Of a stretch of DNA of 64,000 nt, positions 9,001-19,700 are shown in pieces (the first letter of the stretch is position 1; each line of letters starts with the position of its first letter). Below the pieces are notes generated by a model. That model saw nothing but the letters and a program-made list of their open reading frames with translations. It was not told the DNA's origin and made no database searches. The stretch lies in contig JBGSTG010000137.1 of NCBI GenBank assembly GCA_041736625.1, positions 36,896 to 100,895 on the forward strand. The letters run 5' to 3'. Source of the stretch: Saprospiraceae bacterium (GTDB lineage Bacteria > Bacteroidota > Bacteroidia > Chitinophagales > Saprospiraceae). The position numbers and the translations under genes are program-made.

Positions 9001-12000
9001 ATGTCCTCCCACCTTTCTCAGACCGTGCATTCCTACTTTTTGCCGTTTTTTTGCTTGCTGGTTTCGTTTTCCCTCACGGCGCAATGCCCCGATTTAGGAA
9101 CCAACGCAACCCTAACCTCCCCGGATTGTGTCGCAGGCAATACGCCTTGTGACTTGTGTCCGGGCGACGTAATGACCCTGACCGGTACTGGTACCGGTAT
9201 CCTTCCCGGCGCCTGCGTCAACTGGTACTACGGCGCCACCAACAACTTCAACCCTTACAGCGGCCAGGGCACCCTTATGGGCTGCTCCCAGCTGGAGGTC
9301 ACGCCGCCCGACCCCTGTGTCGACTGTCCCATCATTCTCTCCCTGTTCATCAACGCTTGCGGAACCGAACAAAACAACGAATACCTGGTGGTATGGTCGG
9401 GCAGCGGATTTAATGTTGATGCGTTTCAGCTGGACTTCGACGCCAACAATAACATGGGGGCCACGAATGCCGACGTTGGCACCGGCGCCGGTTGCGATTG
9501 GCAAACGCCCACGGCGACCGCCGTCGCCAGTGTGCAAACCATTTGCACGGGGGCGACCGTCGTGGGGGTTGGCCCTGGTGAATTTGTTCCCCCGGGTGTA
9601 CCGGTGCTAATTTTCACCAGTTCGAACTACGATTTTGGCTACAATTTCGGTGGGCTGTGCCCGCTGGCGCCCGTCATTTACGTGATGCAAAACGATTGCG
9701 GACGTTCGGTGGGCGGTTTCACCAACACCGGATCCGGCACCCGAACCACGGAAATTCGCCAGGATTGCGGTTGCGACAACGAATTGACCTACGACTTGGG
9801 TTTGCTTTCCAATACCAACGGAGACTTTGTCATCTGGACGCCCGTTTTGCCCATTTACGGCAACCTGGGATGTGGTTTTCCCAACATACCGGGCCTTCCG
9901 GGGGGCGGTGGAAGCAATCCCTTTTCACTGGCGCCGTTTGACTTCACCGTTCCGGCTTCGCTGTGCAACGACGGCCCTTACTGGGTTGTGGGGGTTGTTG
10001 AGCCCCTTCCAGCGGGTTGTACCCAAGACTTCACCAACTACATGCCGTTCGATGTACCCTGCCCTCCACCCGTGCTGGGCACGGCTACCGTATGCCAGTT
10101 TGCCGGGGTATATGACCTAACCCAGTTGGAAGATCCGAATGTGCCCGGCGGGGGCGTTTGGTCCGGCCCCGGCGTTTCCGGAAACAGCCTGGATCCATTT
10201 GGCTTGAATGGCACGATAACCCTGACGTTTACGTCCAACAACACGTGCTCCTCTGCGGCGACCACCATGGTGGATGTGGTAGAAGGTGTTGTAGCTACCC
10301 TTACCGCTAACGGTCCTACTACCGTATGCGCCGGCGGCAGCACCTCCTTCTCCGTCACCTTCAGCGGCGCTCCGGGTCCCTACACTTTTGAATACGCTAT
10401 AGACGGCGCCCCGCAGGGTCCGATCACTACGAGCGACAATCCGTATATAATAACCGCGTTTTTTACCCAGTCGTCGGAAGTTTCGCTGGCCAATGTGGCC
10501 GCCATTGGGTGCCCGGGGTCCACCAACGGCATCGTTCTGATAGATGTACAGGCCATTCCAACCGCTGTTATCCCCTCCGGTGCAGCCACTATTTGCAATG
10601 GCGACAGTTTGGTGCTCGACGTTCTGCTGAGTGGCACTGCTCCTTTTACTTTCGAATACGCCATTGACGGCGTCACTCAGGCTCCGCCGATCACCACCAG
10701 CAACGGCCTGTATTTCCTGGAGATATTCCCTCCCCTGGGCGTCAGCAACATCACATTGGTTGGCATTGTAGACGCCAATATGTGCCCCGGGCAGGTATTC
10801 GGCGACATTACTGTCACTGTGCAGGAGACCCCAACAGCGATACTTTCCGGAACTGACACCATTTGTTTTGGGCAAAATGCCGACTTGATGCTGGATTTCA
10901 CCGGAACGCCTTTCTGGTCGGTCACTTACACCATTAACGGCGGCTGTCCGGGCAACGACTGTATTTACTCAACCTTCGACAATCCGGACATACTGACGAT
11001 CACCCCCGATTCCACGTCTGTAATCACCCTGACCGGCGTAGTTTCCGGAGGCGGGTGCGTGGGTACGGCTTCCGGTTCCGGGATCATCGTGATAAAGCCC
11101 ACCCCCGGCGCTGTTTTGACCGGCGGGTCCGACACAGTTTGCGTGAACACGCCCGTAAGCCTTGAGGTCTCCTTCAGCGGCACCCCTCCGCCATATACGT
11201 TCAGTTACGCGGTGAATGGCGTGATTATGGACACCCTGATATCCAACAACGCCATTTATTCGCTCGGCCTGACGCTGCCACAGGGCGTGAACACCATTAC
11301 GCTTGGGCACGTCACCAATGGCGACTGCAACGGACCAGTGTCCGGAACATACACGCTGACGGTACAGGATTCTGTTTCAGCCGTTCTGAGCGCTTCATCG
11401 GACACCTTGTGCGGCGGAGAATCCGTGGAGTTGGCCGTGAATTTTACCGGTACGGGCCCTTACACGTTCACGTATACAACCAACGGGCAGAATCCGGATA
11501 CGGTGCAAACGGCGTTAAACCCGTACACCTTTATAGACACGCCCGACGAACCCACCGTGTATGCGCTCTCCGGCGTATCCGCCGGCGGCTGCAATGGAAC
11601 AGCGACGGGGACGGCCGCCGTGTTCGTTTACGATTCCCTGACAGCGGTGATCAGCGGGGGCGGGCAGACCTGCCAGGGTGGATCCGGGATCGATATCGTG
11701 TTCACTTTCACCGGTCAAGGCCCCTACACTTTCGTGTACAATGCCGGGGGGGTGGCTCAACCGCCCATCACGACCACAGACAGCGTTTACGTGATTACCG
11801 TAAACCCTCCGTTGGGCACTTTGTATACGCTGGCGAGTGTTACAAACGGGACTTGCAATGGTTCCGTCAGCGGCACCGCGCTGGTTTTCGTGTTTACCCC
11901 TCCAACCGCAGAAATGCTGGGCAACAGTTTTCACTGTTTTCAGGCCGACACCTCGGTGTACGTCAACTTCACCGGCACCGGTCCGTTCGAATACGTTTAT

Positions 12001-15000
12001 GCCATCAACGGCGTGCCCCAGCCACCAGTGACCACTTTTAATGACCCCGACACCATTGCGGTGATAACCAACATCAGCGAGACATACGCTCTGGTCAGCG
12101 TCAGTTCTCCGGGGTGCGTAGGAAATATTGTCGGCCCGCCGGTAAACATCACCATCCAGGGCACCCCAACGGTTGCCGATATTGTACAAAATTGCGATTC
12201 GGCAGCCATGACCTACACCCTGTCGTTCCAAATCGTAGGCGGTGTGCCTCCCTACACATTGACCTGTGGCGCGGGTACTTTCGCCGGCAATACCTTCACC
12301 AGCGGCCCCCTACCCTTCTCGCAACCCTACCAGTTCTGTTTTCTTGATTCCCTGGGTTGCGACACCGTCGTGGTGGCCGACCGTTCGAAGTGCGACTGCA
12401 TCACCCGCTCCGGCACCATGAATACGGATACGCTCATTGCTTGTGTGAATGGACAAGTCACGGCGATATTCAACAATAACGCGGTATTGGACGCCAATGA
12501 CACCATTGGTTTTATCCTGCACGATTACACTGCTTTCCCCTACGGCGCCATTCTGGCATACAACACGACGCCCACCTTCGGCTTTTTGCCGGGTATGCAG
12601 ACCGGTACCCTGTACCGCATTTCTGCCATTGTAGGCAACAACAATGGCATGGGGCAAGTCGATCTCAACGATAGCTGTCTGGCCGTCAGCCCCGGTGTGC
12701 CGCTTCGCTTTGTCGATCCGCCCCAACTCCTTGTCGGTAGCGCCGACACCACCTGCGCCGGCGTATCGGTAACGGTGCCGGTCGGGATGACCGGTCTGCC
12801 ACCCTACACCCTCACTTATACCATAAATGGTGGTCTACCAGTAAGTGTGCCCGGGTTGCCGGGGCCGGTGTACGATCTTATGCTCACCCTCGACACCACC
12901 AGCCAGGTGTTGATTTCCATTGGCGATCAGAATTGCGTCAATCCGGATGCCGACACCGTGAACATTTTGGTTAACCAGCCGCCTTCCTGGGGAATAGTAG
13001 CCGAAGCATGTGATCAGGTGAATAATACTTACACCCTGACCATTCCGCTAACGGGCACTGCACCCTTCGTAGTCGGCGGTTTGCCGGGCACGGTAACCGG
13101 CAGCACATTCACCAGCGACCCCATTCCCTTCGGACAACCATACAGCGGCACGCTAACCGATGCTTCCGGATGCGGGCTGGATAACCTGACAGGCACCTCC
13201 GCGTGCAACTGCACCAATTCTGCCGGCTCCATGGATCTCACCCAGCCGGGGCAGGCATGCGACACAAACAGCGTTACCGTTTTCCACAACGGAGATCAGG
13301 TGCTGGGCGCCGACGATGTGTTTTACTTCGTGCTGCACACCGGGCCCGGAAACACCCTGGGTACAATTCTGGATAGCTCGGCCAGCCCGGTATTCAGTTA
13401 TTTACCCGGCGTCATTGCCTTTGGTACTACGTATTATGTTTCTGCCATCGTAGAAAGCGGCGCCATTGCTCCGGATCCTTGCCGATCGGTCTCCGAGGGC
13501 GTACCCGTGGTCTGGCTTGCGCCGCCCACCGCTATGCTTAGCGGCAACTCGGACGTTTGCATCGGGCAGTCCGCTCCGGTGACCATTGTACTCACCGGTA
13601 CCGCACCCTATAGCCTGACATACACGAGCAACGGCAATCCGGTGGTTGTGACGGCCAACCAAAGTCCGTTCATCATCAACGCTACGTTGCTCGACACCAC
13701 CCTCTTCCTGCCGGTGTCCGTCACCGACGCCAATTGTCCGGGAACAGTTGCCGGCTCTGCGCTGATCACCCCGCACCCGGTACCCCAAATTCAGAATGTT
13801 CAGGTGAGTTGTGCACCCGGAGACTCCACGTACACCGTTTCTTTCTCCGTATTAAACGCCGATTTTTCCGGTTTGACCTATATGGGCGCGCCTGCCGGAA
13901 CGTTTACGAACGGCGTGTTCACCAGTGTGCTCACTCCAGTCAGCACACCTTTCAACTACTCGGTTAGCGACCAGTGGATGTGCGGCGCCGACACGGTCTC
14001 CGGCGCCGTAGTTTGCTGCACGACCACCTCCGGCACCCTGGATCAAACACCGCTGGTGCTGTGTAATGGCGACACCACGGCTATTGCCCCGGTAGTTGGC
14101 GCCGTCCTGGCGCCCGGCGACACCCTGCTGTACTATCTGGTCGACGGCACCGACCCCATGACCTGGAACGTACTGGCGATCCAGGCAACGCCGGCTTTTG
14201 GGTTCAACCCTTCAACCATGTCTCCGCTCACCTCCTATTTTGTCGTTGCCGTAGCCGGCAATCCGCTGGCCGGCGCCGTGGATCTGAACGACCCCTGTCT
14301 TTCCATTACCGTTGGCCCGGAGGCCCTCTGGCAGCCCGCCATCAGCGCCGACCTGGTTTTGGCTGCCGACAGCATTTGCACCGGCGGCGTGGTCGACGCC
14401 CAGATTCTCCTGAGCGGTGGCACAGCCTACGATTTCACGTACGAGATAAACGGGACACCCACCAATCTGACCGGTGTTCCGGGCCCAACGTACAATTTTA
14501 CCCTGAACGCACCCGCAAACGGTACTACCGTTCAACTCCTGAGCGTTTCCAGCAACGGCTGCACCGGCCAGGTGACCGGAAATACCCAGACCGTATTTGT
14601 AGAACCCGCTTTTCAAATCACCAACTTGCAAACAGCCTGCGACAACCAGCTGGCCAATTTCGTGCTGACGTTCGTGTTGGACAACGGCCCGGACCCGGAC
14701 CCCGCATACACGGTGAGCGGCATCACCGGAACCCTCAACGGCAATACGTTCACCTCAGCCCCGCAATCGGTTGCCGCCGGGTACAACCTGGTGGTCTCCA
14801 CGGGCCTGGGTTGCACCCAATCGGCATCCGGCGTGGTTAGCTGTGTGTGCACCACCGATGCCGGCACGATCAGCGTATCCCCCGCAACCGTTTGCACAAA
14901 CGACACCCTGATCATCACCCTCAACGGCAATGCGGTATTGGACCCCGACGATGGCCTCGTGTTCATATTGTACACCAACCCGGCCGATCCGCTGGGCAGC

Positions 15001-16701
15001 CTGGTGGCTACCAGCCTGCAGCCAGCGTTTGTGTTCCTGCCGGGTATGTCCGCAGGCGTGCCTTATTTTGTTTCGGTCGTAGCCGGGAACCTGTTGCCCG
15101 GAGGCGGAATTGACCTGGGCGACCCCTGCCTGTCCATTTCGGCGCCCTCGGTGCAGGTACAGTTTCAGGCGCCGCCGACCGCTTTGTTCGCAGGCGACAC
15201 CACGGTTTGCCCGGGTAGCAACGTCCAGTTTTTAGTTCAGTTTACCGGCACGGCGCCCTTCAACTTTTCCTATACCCTCAACGGCAACCTCACCAGCCTG
15301 GTGTCTCCCGGCCCTACTTTCAGCATTGCATCCAACAACATCCAGCAAGCACAGCTGTACCTCCCGGCTACAGTGAGCGACCAGGTCTGCACCGGCACAG
15401 TGTCCGGATCGGTAACCATCGGTATCCTGCCTTTGCCCAGTATTGACCTGGGACTGGACCAAACCGTCTGCAACGGCGACTCTGCCATCCTCACCATTTC
15501 TTTGAACAACACAGATACCGCTTCCTTTACGCTCAACGGCATTGTCCCTCCACTGGTCATCACCAACGCGGTTGATGGCCAAACCATTACCGTGACGCCC
15601 ACTTCAAATACGGTGTATTTTGCCGCCAACGTAACCGCACAAAACAATGCTTGCGCACCCATACCCGGCGACAGTGCCGACATTCGCATTTCCACCCTCG
15701 GCGGAACGCTGACCGCCAGCGACTTCAACGGTTTCGGCGTGTCTTGCGCAGGGCTGTCCGACGGCCAGATCACGCTCAATCCGGTGGGCGGAGCGCCACC
15801 CCTTTCCGCCGTATGGAACAATGGCGCCACCGGACTGACCATTACCAACCAGCCCGCCGGAACGTATGAGGTCACCCTGAGCGATGCGGCCGGTTGCCGT
15901 TGGACAGACAGTGTGGTACTGCTGTCGCCCCAACCCATCGCACCGGAGTTGACGGTGCAGAGTGCCGGTTGTACGGGCGACGAGAACGGATCCATTGTGA
16001 TTGACACGGTCTTGGGGGGCGTGGGGCCATTTACCTACACCCTGGATGGCGTACCCCTTTCCGGGAACACTGCCTCCAACCTGCCTCCGGGCACGTATTC
16101 TCTGGAGGTTTCCGATGTTAACGGATGTGCCGTGGAAACGGACATCGACATCCTGATCGCTCCGCCCCTGATCCTGGAGGCAGGCCCGGATGTGACGGTT
16201 TCTCTTGGAGATCAGGTCGTATTGAATGCGCTGGCCAATTCCAACGCACTGGTGTCGATCAAGTGGACGCCCGACAGCTCACTGAGTCGGTCGGATGATC
16301 TGCGCACGGTGGCCACGCCCACGGTTAATACGCAATATGTGTTGAGCATAGTCGATGCCAACGGATGCACGGCTACGGATTCACTGCTGGCGGTAGTCAT
16401 CAACGCCAACCGCATCTACATACCCAATGCGTTCCGTCCGAACGTTGAAAACGGAAACGAACGTTTTCTGGTGTTTGCCGGACCGGAGGTGCGGCTCGTC
16501 CGGCTCCTTCAAGTTTACGACCGTTGGGGTGAAACGGTATTTGAAGGGGTGAACATGATCCCCAATGAAGTGAACCTGGGCTGGGACGGCAACTGGCGCG
16601 GAGATGCCGCCCTGCCCGGGGTGTACATTTACGTGGCCGAAATCGAATTTACCGACGGAACAACGGTCATCCGTTCCGGTGATGTAACGGTTGTCCGTTA
16701 G
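9001..16701 (+). CDS. Giant (2566 aa) repeat-rich cell-surface protein with SprB-type repeats and a T9SS type-B (gliding-motility-associated) C-terminal domain
   Basis: Signal peptide ..FFCLLVSFSLTAQ. Cys-rich unique N-terminal region, followed by tandem Ig-like modules, SprB-like repeats (CAGLSDGQITLNPVGGAPPLSAVWNNG..AGTYEVTLSDAAGC) and the terminal YIPNAFRPN..NERF..VYDRWGE..WDG..PGVYIYV signature of the type-B CTD. Confidence 0.88.
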   Translation: MSSHLSQTVHSYFLPFFCLLVSFSLTAQCPDLGTNATLTSPDCVAGNTPCDLCPGDVMTLTGTGTGILPGACVNWYYGATNNFNPYSGQGTLMGCSQLEVTPPDPCVDCPIILSLFINACGTEQNNEYLVVWSGSGFNVDAFQLDFDANNNMGATNADVGTGAGCDWQTPTATAVASVQTICTGATVVGVGPGEFVPPGVPVLIFTSSNYDFGYNFGGLCPLAPVIYVMQNDCGRSVGGFTNTGSGTRTTEIRQDCGCDNELTYDLGLLSNTNGDFVIWTPVLPIYGNLGCGFPNIPGLPGGGGSNPFSLAPFDFTVPASLCNDGPYWVVGVVEPLPAGCTQDFTNYMPFDVPCPPPVLGTATVCQFAGVYDLTQLEDPNVPGGGVWSGPGVSGNSLDPFGLNGTITLTFTSNNTCSSAATTMVDVVEGVVATLTANGPTTVCAGGSTSFSVTFSGAPGPYTFEYAIDGAPQGPITTSDNPYIITAFFTQSSEVSLANVAAIGCPGSTNGIVLIDVQAIPTAVIPSGAATICNGDSLVLDVLLSGTAPFTFEYAIDGVTQAPPITTSNGLYFLEIFPPLGVSNITLVGIVDANMCPGQVFGDITVTVQETPTAILSGTDTICFGQNADLMLDFTGTPFWSVTYTINGGCPGNDCIYSTFDNPDILTITPDSTSVITLTGVVSGGGCVGTASGSGIIVIKPTPGAVLTGGSDTVCVNTPVSLEVSFSGTPPPYTFSYAVNGVIMDTLISNNAIYSLGLTLPQGVNTITLGHVTNGDCNGPVSGTYTLTVQDSVSAVLSASSDTLCGGESVELAVNFTGTGPYTFTYTTNGQNPDTVQTALNPYTFIDTPDEPTVYALSGVSAGGCNGTATGTAAVFVYDSLTAVISGGGQTCQGGSGIDIVFTFTGQGPYTFVYNAGGVAQPPITTTDSVYVITVNPPLGTLYTLASVTNGTCNGSVSGTALVFVFTPPTAEMLGNSFHCFQADTSVYVNFTGTGPFEYVYAINGVPQPPVTTFNDPDTIAVITNISETYALVSVSSPGCVGNIVGPPVNITIQGTPTVADIVQNCDSAAMTYTLSFQIVGGVPPYTLTCGAGTFAGNTFTSGPLPFSQPYQFCFLDSLGCDTVVVADRSKCDCITRSGTMNTDTLIACVNGQVTAIFNNNAVLDANDTIGFILHDYTAFPYGAILAYNTTPTFGFLPGMQTGTLYRISAIVGNNNGMGQVDLNDSCLAVSPGVPLRFVDPPQLLVGSADTTCAGVSVTVPVGMTGLPPYTLTYTINGGLPVSVPGLPGPVYDLMLTLDTTSQVLISIGDQNCVNPDADTVNILVNQPPSWGIVAEACDQVNNTYTLTIPLTGTAPFVVGGLPGTVTGSTFTSDPIPFGQPYSGTLTDASGCGLDNLTGTSACNCTNSAGSMDLTQPGQACDTNSVTVFHNGDQVLGADDVFYFVLHTGPGNTLGTILDSSASPVFSYLPGVIAFGTTYYVSAIVESGAIAPDPCRSVSEGVPVVWLAPPTAMLSGNSDVCIGQSAPVTIVLTGTAPYSLTYTSNGNPVVVTANQSPFIINATLLDTTLFLPVSVTDANCPGTVAGSALITPHPVPQIQNVQVSCAPGDSTYTVSFSVLNADFSGLTYMGAPAGTFTNGVFTSVLTPVSTPFNYSVSDQWMCGADTVSGAVVCCTTTSGTLDQTPLVLCNGDTTAIAPVVGAVLAPGDTLLYYLVDGTDPMTWNVLAIQATPAFGFNPSTMSPLTSYFVVAVAGNPLAGAVDLNDPCLSITVGPEALWQPAISADLVLAADSICTGGVVDAQILLSGGTAYDFTYEINGTPTNLTGVPGPTYNFTLNAPANGTTVQLLSVSSNGCTGQVTGNTQTVFVEPAFQITNLQTACDNQLANFVLTFVLDNGPDPDPAYTVSGITGTLNGNTFTSAPQSVAAGYNLVVSTGLGCTQSASGVVSCVCTTDAGTISVSPATVCTNDTLIITLNGNAVLDPDDGLVFILYTNPADPLGSLVATSLQPAFVFLPGMSAGVPYFVSVVAGNLLPGGGIDLGDPCLSISAPSVQVQFQAPPTALFAGDTTVCPGSNVQFLVQFTGTAPFNFSYTLNGNLTSLVSPGPTFSIASNNIQQAQLYLPATVSDQVCTGTVSGSVTIGILPLPSIDLGLDQTVCNGDSAILTISLNNTDTASFTLNGIVPPLVITNAVDGQTITVTPTSNTVYFAANVTAQNNACAPIPGDSADIRISTLGGTLTASDFNGFGVSCAGLSDGQITLNPVGGAPPLSAVWNNGATGLTITNQPAGTYEVTLSDAAGCRWTDSVVLLSPQPIAPELTVQSAGCTGDENGSIVIDTVLGGVGPFTYTLDGVPLSGNTASNLPPGTYSLEVSDVNGCAVETDIDILIAPPLILEAGPDVTVSLGDQVVLNALANSNALVSIKWTPDSSLSRSDDLRTVATPTVNTQYVLSIVDANGCTATDSLLAVVINANRIYIPNAFRPNVENGNERFLVFAGPEVRLVRLLQVYDRWGETVFEGVNMIPNEVNLGWDGNWRGDAALPGVYIYVAEIEFTDGTTVIRSGDVTVVR
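10290..12150 (+). repeat. Seven tandem in-frame modules of about 270 nt (about 90 aa) inside the giant gene
   Basis: The core F(T/S)G(T/A)xP(Y/F)TFxYxxNG recurs at about 10345, 10615, 10885, 11160, 11430, 11690 and 11955. Each copy is preceded by a C.G motif and followed by C.G..(S/T)G. Boundaries are approximate. Confidence 0.6.
12150..15400 (+). repeat. Four tandem in-frame super-repeats of about 815-830 nt (about 272 aa), each made of three different sub-modules
   Basis: The Cys-Cys landmark (CDCITRSG, CNCTNSAG, CCTTTSG, CVCTTDAG) recurs at about 12391, 13204, 14014 and 14845. Each unit contains a TYT(L/V)..G..GT..G.TFTS module, a C.C..G...LD..D..F.L...P.F.F.PG..Y.V.A..VDLND.C module and one F.G.xPY.F.Y..NG module. 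Confidence 0.6.
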
Positions 16702-19700
16702 TATTGAATGATCAGTTTGCGTGTTACCTGCTCATTTTCATGGAAAATGTGCAGGTAATACGCCCCTTCCGGTCTTGACGACAAGTCTATCCAGACGCGC
16801 TCCGGCTGGGTGAAACGCCCTTCCCAGATCAGCCGGCCCAAACCATCCGTTGCGCGCATGCGTACTTCTCCCGCCGGTACCTGACCGAACACCACTTGTG
16901 TTTTGCCCGCATTCGGGTTGGGCAGCAACTGTAAGCCTTGTGCCCATCCGGGTTCTGTTGCCGCAAGCACACTGCCCACCTGGATGACTTCCGTGCGGAT
17001 CACACAGCCATGCGCATCTGTGATTTGCAATACGTATTCGCCGGCGGGCACATTTTCCAGGTTTTGGGTGTAGCCTACCGTTTCGCCGCTGCGCGTCCAA
17101 TTAAACAGGTAGGGCGGAACACCGCCGGTAATGTTTACGATGATGCTGCCGTCGGACTGACCATCTTTGGCGGGTGTGGTTTCCACAGCTGTGATGGCGA
17201 CCGGCGCCAGAACCGTGACGGCGAATGAACAGACGCTGGAATTGCCGCTCTGGTCGGTGAAACGGTACACTTGTTCTGTAATGCCCACCGGGAAGAAGGA
17301 ACCGTTGTCCAGCCCGCTGAGGCGTTCTGTGTGAATCGCGTTAAAAGGCGTACAGGCATCCGAGAAGTTCGGCTGCGGGAATTGCACCGCTGTGGCGTCG
17401 GAGCAGGCCTGAACCGTGAGGTTGTCTGGACATACTGCCGTTGGCGGGGTCTGGTCAACAACGGTCAGTTGCACGATTCTCGAACCCACATTGCCGTTTC
17501 CGTCGCGGGCATTCAGTTCAACCGGCATGAGGCCGATATGCTGGCAGGTGACCTGGGTAAGTGGGAAAAACCACCAGGAAGCTACGCTGCAGTTGTCGCT
17601 TAATACCGCCAGTACGTCGGAATCAGCCAGCGTATGGATGCCGGTAGCGTCCAGATAAACGACGGCGTCCTGTGCTTCAACAACCGGTTTTTCGCTGTCG
17701 CTTGTCGCGGTGGCGTACGCAGACACGTGTGTACATGCATTGGCGTCGGTAACGGTCAGCTGATAATTGCCTGCCGGAATTTGATCGAGAGTCGCGGTAA
17801 ATTGGCCTGTGCTCCAGGCATAAGCGTATGGTGGCGTGCCTCCGCCGAGAGTAACGTTGATCATGCCCGTCTGATCGCCGGGGCACACCGGATGTTGCAC
17901 CGCGGCAGCGGCCGGCAGCAGCACCGGCGGTTGGGTCACCTGTGCGTCGGACACATTCGGGCAGCCTGCGGCATCAGTAGTGGTTACCGAGTAGGTTCCC
18001 GGGGCCAGGTTGTGAACGGCAGCGGTGGTGTCTCCCGTAGTCCATACGAAAGTAAACGGCCCGGCTCCTCCCGCAATGCTTGTGGCCAGGGCGCCGTCGG
18101 CAGCGCCAAAGCACGAGTTGTGCTGAACGGCCAGCTCGACCGACAGGGTGCAGTTGTACGCGTTCACATTGACGGTTTTTTGACTGGAGCAGCCGTGCGC
18201 GTCCGTAGCCGTAACGGTGTAAGCGGCTGGCGGCAGGTTGTTTTGGGATTGTCCCGACACGCCGTTGCTCCAAAGGTAAGCGAAGGGGGCGACGCCACCG
18301 GACGCATCGGCGCTCACGGCGCCGTCGGCAGCCTGGAAGCCCGTTTCGGGTGAAGACAGGGCGTTCACGGTCAACTGTTCGGGCTGCCCCAGGGCATACG
18401 TCAAGGCAGCGGTGCAGGCATCCGCGTCGGTCACCGTAACACCGTACGGGCCGGCAGACAAATTGAGTACCGTGCTGGTGCTGTCCCCGGTATTCCAGAC
18501 AAAGGTAGTAGTGCCGAAACCGCCAGTGGTTTCCGCCATCAGACCGCCGCCCGAGCCGCCGAAGCAAAAGATGGGGATAACCGAATCTATGGCGACCGTT
18601 GGATTGGCAAAATACAGCACCTCGGTGGTGTCGTTGGATGAACAGCCGTTTCCGGTGTTGTTGATCAGCAAGACGTAAGCCCCGGCAGTGTCTACCAACG
18701 GATTTTGTTCGTTCGAGCTGAATCCGGCGGGGCCCGTCCAGGTGTACACAAATTGCGCGCCTTGCGAAGAGCCCGTCGTCAGCAAAGCAACGGTGTCGTT
18801 CCGGCAGTTCAGGTGTTCCGGTGTGTGGAGGGTGAGCACCGGCCGGATGGTATCTGTCATCACCATGGCAGTGTCTGTTTTGACACAACCATTAAGGGTG
18901 TTTGTCACTTTAAGCACGTATGCGCCGGCCTCATCGATCACGGGGGTAAAGGTACTGTCGCCTGAAACCAGGCCCGGGCCCGTCCATATCCGCCAAAACG
19001 TTGTCCCCTCTGATCCCGCCCCCTCCAGCGTATCGGAGGCGGCCAGGCAATTGAGCAGTCCGTTCGGCCCGGCGTCGGCCAACGGCAACACGGTGTTGGC
19101 GAGCACCACAGTCGAGGCGAATGTGTTACAATTGTTCTCGGTGTTGGTGATCATCAGGGTGTAGGTTCCTGCCGCGTTGACGGTGGGGTTGAGGGTGTTG
19201 CCACCGGAAACGATGTTACCGCCGTTGGACGTCTGCCAGTTATACATAAATTCGGGCCCGGTGCTTGAATTGGTGGCGTTCAGTTGCACGACGGGGGTCT
19301 GGCAGGTGATCATCGGCGAGGGCGATATGATGGCGATCGGGTACGCCGGCTGGGCCATGGGCACCAACAGGGTTTTGGTGCAATTCAGGATGTCCGTTAC
19401 CGTTACCGTGTAGTTTCCGGGGGTGTATGCGGTAATGGTTGGCCCCGCAAGTCCGTTGCTCCACTGGTAGTCGTAGTCATTGGTCCACCCGCCAGAGGCC
19501 TCCACCGTTATGGAACCGGTGTAGCCGTTGCATCCAACCGGGGTGGTCTCGATCAGCTGAACGGAGACCGGGCCGGTTGGCTGCTCTACCTCAATGGGGC
19601 CGATGGTGCCGGTAATGCCGCTGCTGGACGTAACGGTACAGGAATAGTTGCCGGCTGGAACGTTTACCAGATCCTGACTTTGTGCGCCATTGCTCCATAA

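Noticed and set aside
8885-9097. 70-aa ORF overlapping the start of the giant adhesin gene
   Set aside because: It has no motif, overlaps the signal-peptide coding region of a strongly supported gene, and is Arg/Cys/Phe-rich.
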